Origin: Gemmatimonadaceae bacterium
GTDB taxonomy: Bacteria > Gemmatimonadota > Gemmatimonadetes > Gemmatimonadales > Gemmatimonadaceae
Assembly (NCBI GenBank): GCA_051859245.1
Contig: JBHYGA010000005.1
Span: forward strand, 338,993-402,992
Direction: 5' to 3'
DNA length: 64,000 nt
The position numbers were made by a program, and so were the translations under genes. Positions 58,392 through 64,000 of this stretch are shown here, piece by piece. The notes under the pieces are model-generated. The model was given only the letters and a program-made list of their open reading frames with translations. It was not told the origin of the DNA and did no database searches. How positions within the stretch are numbered: position 1 is the first letter of the stretch; each line of letters starts with the position of its first letter.

Positions 58392-60392
58392 ATGCCTGTA
58401 ATACCCTACGAACGCTCGCTGTACTTCAGACTCGCCTCATCACGCGTTGTGCGAAATGTCACAGGCGCGTTCGCGGCCGTCATCGCTGTTGCGGGATCGT
58501 TGCTTTCGGCTCCCGTCGCGAACGCGCAAGCGGCGCGGCAGCCGGCGCCGCAAGCCGACGTGTTCCTCGTCTCGCTCACACGTTCGGCTGAGCGCTGGCG
58601 TGTTGGCGTGCCCGCCAACGTGACGCGGTACGCGGGTTACGACAATCAACCGTCGTTTGCGCCCGATGGACGGTCGCTTTTTTACACGCGTGCCGACGCG
58701 CAGGGGCGCAGCGATATCTGGCGCGCGGACTTTAATACGGGCCGGATCGCGCCGGTTCGCGAAACACCGGAGAGTGAGTACTCGGCGTTGCCCACAGCGA
58801 ATGGCGATGCGCTGACCGTTGTGCGTGTTGAACTGGACTCGGCGCAACGCTTGTGGCGCGTGCCGCTTGATGGCAGCGCCGCAACGGTGTTGGTGCCCGA
58901 TGTGAAGCCGGTTGGGTACTTCGCGTTCCCCACCGACAGCACCATCGCCATGTTCGTGCTCGGTTCACCGGCCACACTGCAAACGGCCACGATTGGCGTG
59001 CCCGGTACACGTACGCACGCGCGCAACATCGGGCGTTCGCTGCACCGCATTCCCGGTACGCGCCACATCAGCTTTGTACAGAAAGGCGGCGAGCGCTGGT
59101 ACATCATGCGTCTCGATCCTGAACGCGGCACACAGGATACCATCGTGGCAACGCGACCGCGCCGCGAAGACTACGCCTGGCTCGATTCCACAACACTCGT
59201 GATGGGCGACGGGTCCGCGCTCTTCACGTACACGCTTGGTACGGCAGACTGGGTACCGCTTGGCGATTTCTCGTTCGCCAATATCTCGGACATCTCTCGA
59301 CTGGCGGTTGCGCGGCCCGCGAACTCGCCGGCGGGTACGAGCGCCAATGCGCGTGCGCCGCAATGGTTGGCGGTCACGGCCGTGCAGCGTGTGCCCGCCG
59401 CGAACGCTGCCAGCGCTTCGGCCGCGCGGGAGCGTGTGGTGAGCGCGGCCGATATCAAGCGCGATATCTTCATCCTCGCTGCAGACTCCATGGAAGGGCG
59501 TGGTACCGGCACACCCGGCGGAGATCGCGCCGCGCGCTGGCTCGCCAATGAGTTTCAGCGTGCGGGTCTGCAACCGGCTGGTGATTCCGGGTCGTTCCTG
59601 CAGCGTGTGCCGCTCATGCGGGCGCCTGTGCTCACTCCCGGTGCGCCGGCGCGGTTACGACCTGTTGCGTCATGGGCGGCGTGGGATACACTCGCAGCCG
59701 ATCAGCGGCTTTCGGCCGCCAATGTGGTTGGTGTGATTCCCGGCAGTGATCCGGCACGACGTGATGAAGTTGTGCTCGTGACCGCGCACTACGATCACAC
59801 GGGCATCGGTCGCCCCGTGAATGGTGACTCCATCAACAACGGTGCCGACGATGATGCATCGGGCACGATCGGATTGCTTGAACTGGCGCGACACATGGCG
59901 CGCGGCGCCAAGCCTGCGCGTACGATTGTATTTGCCGCGGTGACCGGCGAAGAAGTTGGGTTGATTGGTACGCGCTGGTACGTGAACAACCCAGTCCGTC
60001 CCTTGGACAAGACCATTGCCAATCTCAATCTCGAAATGATCGGACGCCCCGACTCGCTGACTGGTGGCGTGGGCACAGCGTGGCTTACTGGCTATGAACG
60101 CAGCACGTTTGGTGATCTGCTTGCGGCGGCGGGTGTGCCAATCGTACCCGATCCGCGTCCGGCGCAACGGTTCTTTGAGCGCAGTGACAACATCGATTTT
60201 GCGCGACGTGGCATTCCGGCGCATACCCTGTCCACGTTCAACTTGCACACCGACTACCACACAGTGAATGACAGCCCGGATCGCATTGATACCGAACACA
60301 TGGCGCGCGTGATTGACGCGGCGCTTATTGCGCTGCGAACGCTGGCGAATCAGCCGGGCATCCCCACGTGGCATCCGGGTGGGCGCCCCTGA
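58392..60392 (+). CDS. M28-family aminopeptidase with N-terminal TolB-like beta-propeller domain
   Basis: VVLVTAHYDHTGIG, GADDDASGTIGLLELAR, FAAVTGEEVGLIGTRWYV (M28 Zn ligands). Confidence 0.7.
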   Translation: MPVIPYERSLYFRLASSRVVRNVTGAFAAVIAVAGSLLSAPVANAQAARQPAPQADVFLVSLTRSAERWRVGVPANVTRYAGYDNQPSFAPDGRSLFYTRADAQGRSDIWRADFNTGRIAPVRETPESEYSALPTANGDALTVVRVELDSAQRLWRVPLDGSAATVLVPDVKPVGYFAFPTDSTIAMFVLGSPATLQTATIGVPGTRTHARNIGRSLHRIPGTRHISFVQKGGERWYIMRLDPERGTQDTIVATRPRREDYAWLDSTTLVMGDGSALFTYTLGTADWVPLGDFSFANISDISRLAVARPANSPAGTSANARAPQWLAVTAVQRVPAANAASASAARERVVSAADIKRDIFILAADSMEGRGTGTPGGDRAARWLANEFQRAGLQPAGDSGSFLQRVPLMRAPVLTPGAPARLRPVASWAAWDTLAADQRLSAANVVGVIPGSDPARRDEVVLVTAHYDHTGIGRPVNGDSINNGADDDASGTIGLLELARHMARGAKPARTIVFAAVTGEEVGLIGTRWYVNNPVRPLDKTIANLNLEMIGRPDSLTGGVGTAWLTGYERSTFGDLLAAAGVPIVPDPRPAQRFFERSDNIDFARRGIPAHTLSTFNLHTDYHTVNDSPDRIDTEHMARVIDAALIALRTLANQPGIPTWHPGGRP

Positions 60393-60431
60393 TCCGTTCG
60401 TGTTCGCGTGTGTGCTCATTTGAGAACGCGG

Positions 60432-60475
60432 CAAAAAAAGCGAGGCGCCATGACGGATTGTCATGGCGCCTCGTT
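60432..60475 (-). terminator. Rho-independent terminator for the minus-strand gene ending at 60495
   Basis: On the minus strand: aacgaggcgccatgacaatccgtcatggcgcctcgc followed by TTTTTTT. Confidence 0.5.
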
Positions 60476-60494
60476 CACATCTGTGCGGCAAGGA

Positions 60495-61256
60495 TTACGG
60501 CTTGACGAGCGCCTTCACGGCCGGCGGCAGGGCAAACGCTTCATCCTTCACGGCGTTGAACGTGATGTCGCTGAAGGTCATCGTGATGTCGTTACCCGCC
60601 TGTGACTGCGCCATCTTGGTGGGCATCTTCACCGGACCGAACTGCTTGTAGTCCGACATGACCGCGTTGATTTCGATTTCACCCATTGGAGACACGGCGG
60701 TGCTCTGCGTGCCAATGCGGAAACCGTTCGCCACGGAGAAATACTCAAAGCTCGGACGACCAACCTTCCGCACCATCTTCACTTTGTACGCGTCTTCACC
60801 GGCGAACTGCGTTTTCTCAACCACTTCGATGCTGGTGAAGTTTGCGGCGTCGAACACGCCGAATGATTCACCAAAGCCCGACTGCGCCTTGCGTGTGGCG
60901 AGTTCTTCGCCTTCTGCCAAACGCGGACCCTGCATTGGGTTGTTCTCCCAGCCAATCTCACCGTTGAAGCCCTGCTGGATTTCGCCAAGGCCCGGAATCG
61001 TCATGGTCATGGCCATCTTGTTCGGACGTGCCAGTGACAGCGACAGCTCCGCGGAGATGCCCATGGCCGCCAGTTCAAGCTGGCCCTTCTGCTGCACGGA
61101 CGTGAGCGCCGAAATCGCGGCCGCTCCGCCGATGGCCTGCACGTGACGATCGATCACTTCTTTGGCTGACGGGAGCGCCTGCGCGCCGACCGCCGCAGGA
61201 AGCGTGATCGAGGTCACCGTAAATGCGGCGACAAGTGCGCGCGTGAGTTGCTTCAT
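60495..61256 (-). CDS. Hypothetical secreted protein (LolA-like / lipoprotein-sorting-like fold suspected)
   Basis: Signal peptide MKQLTRALVAAFTVTSITLPAAVGAQA. No firm motif. ORF 61349 trimmed to ATG 61256. Confidence 0.45.
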   Translation of the reverse strand: MKQLTRALVAAFTVTSITLPAAVGAQALPSAKEVIDRHVQAIGGAAAISALTSVQQKGQLELAAMGISAELSLSLARPNKMAMTMTIPGLGEIQQGFNGEIGWENNPMQGPRLAEGEELATRKAQSGFGESFGVFDAANFTSIEVVEKTQFAGEDAYKVKMVRKVGRPSFEYFSVANGFRIGTQSTAVSPMGEIEINAVMSDYKQFGPVKMPTKMAQSQAGNDITMTFSDITFNAVKDEAFALPPAVKALVKP

Positions 61257-61356
61257 GAATGCTGCTCCTGGAGAATGGTCGACGCGCCAGCTGAATCGCT
61301 GACGCGCGTGAACGGTGTGCCGGTCGTGCCACACCGAATTCGTGAACATATCTACA

Positions 61357-62769
61357 CTACGGCGTGATGCGTGGTCCGGTTACACGCGGCGGTTTCGGTG
61401 CCGTCGCGGCCCAGCGAAGCGCCGCGTCAAGCGCCGGATCGCCGCCACGCAGAAACGCATCGCGGGTGAGACTGATACTCTCGTCGGGCGTCACACCGCC
61501 GCCTTCCGCGCGTCCGCCACCCGGTGAGAGAAAATCGGCGATGGCGTGATACAGGATGTCGCCGTTCGGCAATCGCTCAGCCACGGCCGGCAACGCCTGC
61601 CCAGCCGTTCGGCTGCCAACGATTCGTGCGCGGCCAAGTGACTGCAGGCCGCCCGCGAAAATTTCACTCGTGCTCACCGAGAGCTCGTCAACCACGATGG
61701 CCATCGGTCCATCAAAGGGCGAGACGCGCTCGTTCGCCGTGTTCACACGACGCGGATTGATCGCAAACTTCACGTCTTGTGCACGTGTTTTCATGATGCC
61801 AACAGGGATCACCGTATCAACGAAGTGGCCGGCAAAGCCCATCGACATGCCCGCAACGCCGCCAAAGTTGCCGCGGATATCGAGAATGATGGCATCGCTG
61901 CTGCGCAACGAATCCATGGCCACATCAAACTCACGCGCGAGCACGGGCATCCAGATATTGAAGCGAATGATGCCGATAGTTTTGCCGCTTTCGGTGCGAC
62001 GCTCCCAATCCAGGTTCGACATCATGGCGGGAAGATTCCCGAACTTCACACTCGTGCCCGGCACCGCAACGCGCGTCATGCTGAGTGTCTGTTCACGCTG
62101 CGCACCGTCTACAAACGTTGCGGATGCCGCAGTGCCCGGCGCACCGCGCAACGCACCATCCGCCTGACTGAAGGCAGCGAGGGCAACTCGTCGCGGATCG
62201 AGGTCGAGCGGAACGCGGCGGAATCGCGCTTCAATGGAGTCACTCCCGATCCGGCGAATCAACCAACCCGGTCGCACACCGGCCGCGAACGCCGGACCGC
62301 TGCTGTCAACGTGTGTGACCACAAGCTGAGAGTTCAACCAGCGTACGGTGAGACCAACGTGTCCTTCGCGCGATGATTGCGCATTCGTTGACGCGCTCTC
62401 GACCACGTCACTGACTTCCTGCGGAATAATTGAAAAGTGCGATTGTTTGAGTGCGCCCACCATTTGCTGCAGCACACTGCGGAGTTCCGCACGCGTCTTC
62501 GCAGCCTCCGCACGCGGGCGGAGCGAATCGCGCAGCGCGCGCCAGTTCACGCCGTTGTAGGTGGTGTCCCAATGCGTCCGGGCAATGATCGTCCAGGCCG
62601 AATCAAAGGTCGGAAGCGCCAGCGTCGCCGGTGGCTCGGGCGCGCTGGGCGGAACGTTTTCGCGAGCCGGCTCTGGCCGCGTTTCCGGGGCCGGGGTTGA
62701 CCGGCAGGCCGAGAACGTGGCAGCGGCACAGAGAAACGTCAGAACGGCGCGGGATGGCAGCAGGGTCAC
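61357..62769 (-). CDS. S41-family (C-terminal processing / tricorn-core-like) serine peptidase
   Basis: Lipoprotein-like N-terminus. IVVDELSVSTSEIFAGGLQSLGRARIVGSRTAG (catalytic Ser region). PDZ-like middle. Confidence 0.7.
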   Translation of the reverse strand: MTLLPSRAVLTFLCAAATFSACRSTPAPETRPEPARENVPPSAPEPPATLALPTFDSAWTIIARTHWDTTYNGVNWRALRDSLRPRAEAAKTRAELRSVLQQMVGALKQSHFSIIPQEVSDVVESASTNAQSSREGHVGLTVRWLNSQLVVTHVDSSGPAFAAGVRPGWLIRRIGSDSIEARFRRVPLDLDPRRVALAAFSQADGALRGAPGTAASATFVDGAQREQTLSMTRVAVPGTSVKFGNLPAMMSNLDWERRTESGKTIGIIRFNIWMPVLAREFDVAMDSLRSSDAIILDIRGNFGGVAGMSMGFAGHFVDTVIPVGIMKTRAQDVKFAINPRRVNTANERVSPFDGPMAIVVDELSVSTSEIFAGGLQSLGRARIVGSRTAGQALPAVAERLPNGDILYHAIADFLSPGGGRAEGGGVTPDESISLTRDAFLRGGDPALDAALRWAATAPKPPRVTGPRITP

Positions 62770-63032
62770 GGGCGGCGGGGTTGGGACGGCAATCGTTCGG
62801 CGGGCGTGCGCGGTTCAGCGGCCGGTCGCAGACGGGTCACAGCCGGGCGAAGCCCTCGCGACCGGTCGCGGCGGTACATTACCATGCATCAGGACGACGG
62901 AGGTCACCCGGAGGTTCCATCAGTCGGGCAGATTTTGCCCCGACGGAACGTACGGCTGGCTGGTTCACAATAGTTCCCCTGACGCGACGCGACTGGCGCG
63001 GCGCGACGATTCATAGCAGACACGCCCCTCTC

Positions 63033-64000
63033 ATGACCACTCGTTTGCACGCGTTACGTGACGCTGGCACCGCGCCCTGGCTCGACTACATCGAGCGTTC
63101 CATGCTGTCCTCTGGTGAGTTGGCGCGACGGATTCGCGACGACGCCCTCATGGGCATGACGTCAAATCCGACCATTTTTGAGAAGGCGCTCGCTGATGGG
63201 TCGGTGTACGACGCCGAGCTCGCGTCGTTTCCGGCGGACTGGACGGACCGCGCCTGTTTTGAACAGCTCGCCACAACCGACGTGCAAGCCGCCTGCGACG
63301 CATTCGAAGGCGTGTATACGTACACCAACGGCGGCGACGGGTACGTCTCGCTGGAGGTTGGTCCGGACCTGGCGCACGACGCGGCGGGAACCGTGGCGGA
63401 AGCGCATCGCCTCTGGAAGGCGGTGAATCGCCCGAATCTCATGATCAAGGTGCCGGGCACCGAGGCCGGCGCGGAAGCAGTGAAAACGTTGATTGCCGAT
63501 GGTCTCAATGTGAACGTGACGCTGCTCTTCAGCACGGCCGCTCATGCGCGCGTGATTGACGCGTATCTGGATGGGCTTGAGGCGCGACATGCGGCTGGAC
63601 ACAGCATCGATCGCATCGCCTCGGTGGCCAGCTTTTTTGTGAGCCGCGTGGATGCCGCCATCGATGCAACGCTCGCGAAGCGAGCCGCCGCCGCAGAGCC
63701 GTCGCAGCGCGCCGCGATTGAAGCGTTGCTGGGCAAAGCGGCGATCGCCAACGCCAAGCAGGCGTATCGGCTGTTTGCGGAGCGTTTTAGCGGCGCGCGT
63801 TGGGAAGCGCTCGCAGCCAACGGCGCGCGCGTGCAGCGTCCGCTGTGGGCGAGCACGAGCACAAAAAATCCGGCCTATCGTGATGTGCTGTATGTGGAAG
63901 CGCTGATTGGTCCGGACTCAGTGAACACGCTGCCGCCGGCCACGCTCGAGGCATTTCGTGATCACGGCGAAACGGCTCGTACCGTCGACACGGGGCTTGA
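63033..64000 (+). CDS. tal: Transaldolase (partial, continues beyond window end)
   Basis: TSNPTIFEKA, NLMIKVPGTEAG (Schiff-base Lys) and VNVTLLFS motifs. No stop before 64000. Confidence 0.8.
   Translation, partial: MTTRLHALRDAGTAPWLDYIERSMLSSGELARRIRDDALMGMTSNPTIFEKALADGSVYDAELASFPADWTDRACFEQLATTDVQAACDAFEGVYTYTNGGDGYVSLEVGPDLAHDAAGTVAEAHRLWKAVNRPNLMIKVPGTEAGAEAVKTLIADGLNVNVTLLFSTAAHARVIDAYLDGLEARHAAGHSIDRIASVASFFVSRVDAAIDATLAKRAAAAEPSQRAAIEALLGKAAIANAKQAYRLFAERFSGARWEALAANGARVQRPLWASTSTKNPAYRDVLYVEALIGPDSVNTLPPATLEAFRDHGETARTVDTGL

Noticed and set aside
62770-63032. Structured element in the S41 / transaldolase divergent intergenic region
   Set aside because: Only short, imperfect inverted repeats. 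Nothing beyond what is expected for divergent promoters.
1-64000. CRISPR arrays, integrases, transposases, phage genes, toxin-antitoxin pairs, known defence systems
   Set aside because: No short spaced direct repeats, and no recombinase, nuclease or helicase signature ORFs were found. The only tandem DNA repeats are intragenic and protein-coding.

Overview
High-GC (~65-68%) bacterial chromosomal segment, almost fully coding on both strands with about 60 genes. The gene content resembles Gemmatimonadetes or Acidobacteria. It is rich in secreted and outer-membrane proteins: two TonB-dependent receptors with N-terminal carboxypeptidase-regulatory-like domains, large M14, S9, M28 and S41 peptidases, an LVIVD-repeat lipoprotein and a Ycf48-like repeat lipoprotein. 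Housekeeping and metabolic genes include ornithine aminotransferase with a divergent Lrp/AsnC regulator, transaldolase (partial at the 3' edge), a GMC oxidoreductase cluster, a NupG-type nucleoside permease, an ECF sigma/anti-sigma pair, flotillin/NfeD and an MsbA-like ABC exporter. No rRNA, tRNA, CRISPR array, IS element or prophage gene was recognised. The most interesting candidate module is a minus-strand three-gene operon: a DUF1592-type cytochrome-c-like protein, a TAT-exported DUF1552 protein and a 649-aa secreted ankyrin-repeat protein (20656-26509). Other notable points are a 42-bp tandem duplication inside the DUF1592 gene, two paralogous small secreted proteins about 10 kb apart, an HDOD-GAF-HTH signalling protein, an MsbA-like exporter divergent from a PagL-like lipid A deacylase, and a nucleoside-permease/CutC/GH20/ECF-sigma gene array with overlapping genes. 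The ORF track uses alternative start codons, so several N-termini were trimmed to the first plausible ATG/GTG. Start coordinates are less certain than stops. My line-based coordinates may be off by 1 nt in places, for example for the DUF1592 start.
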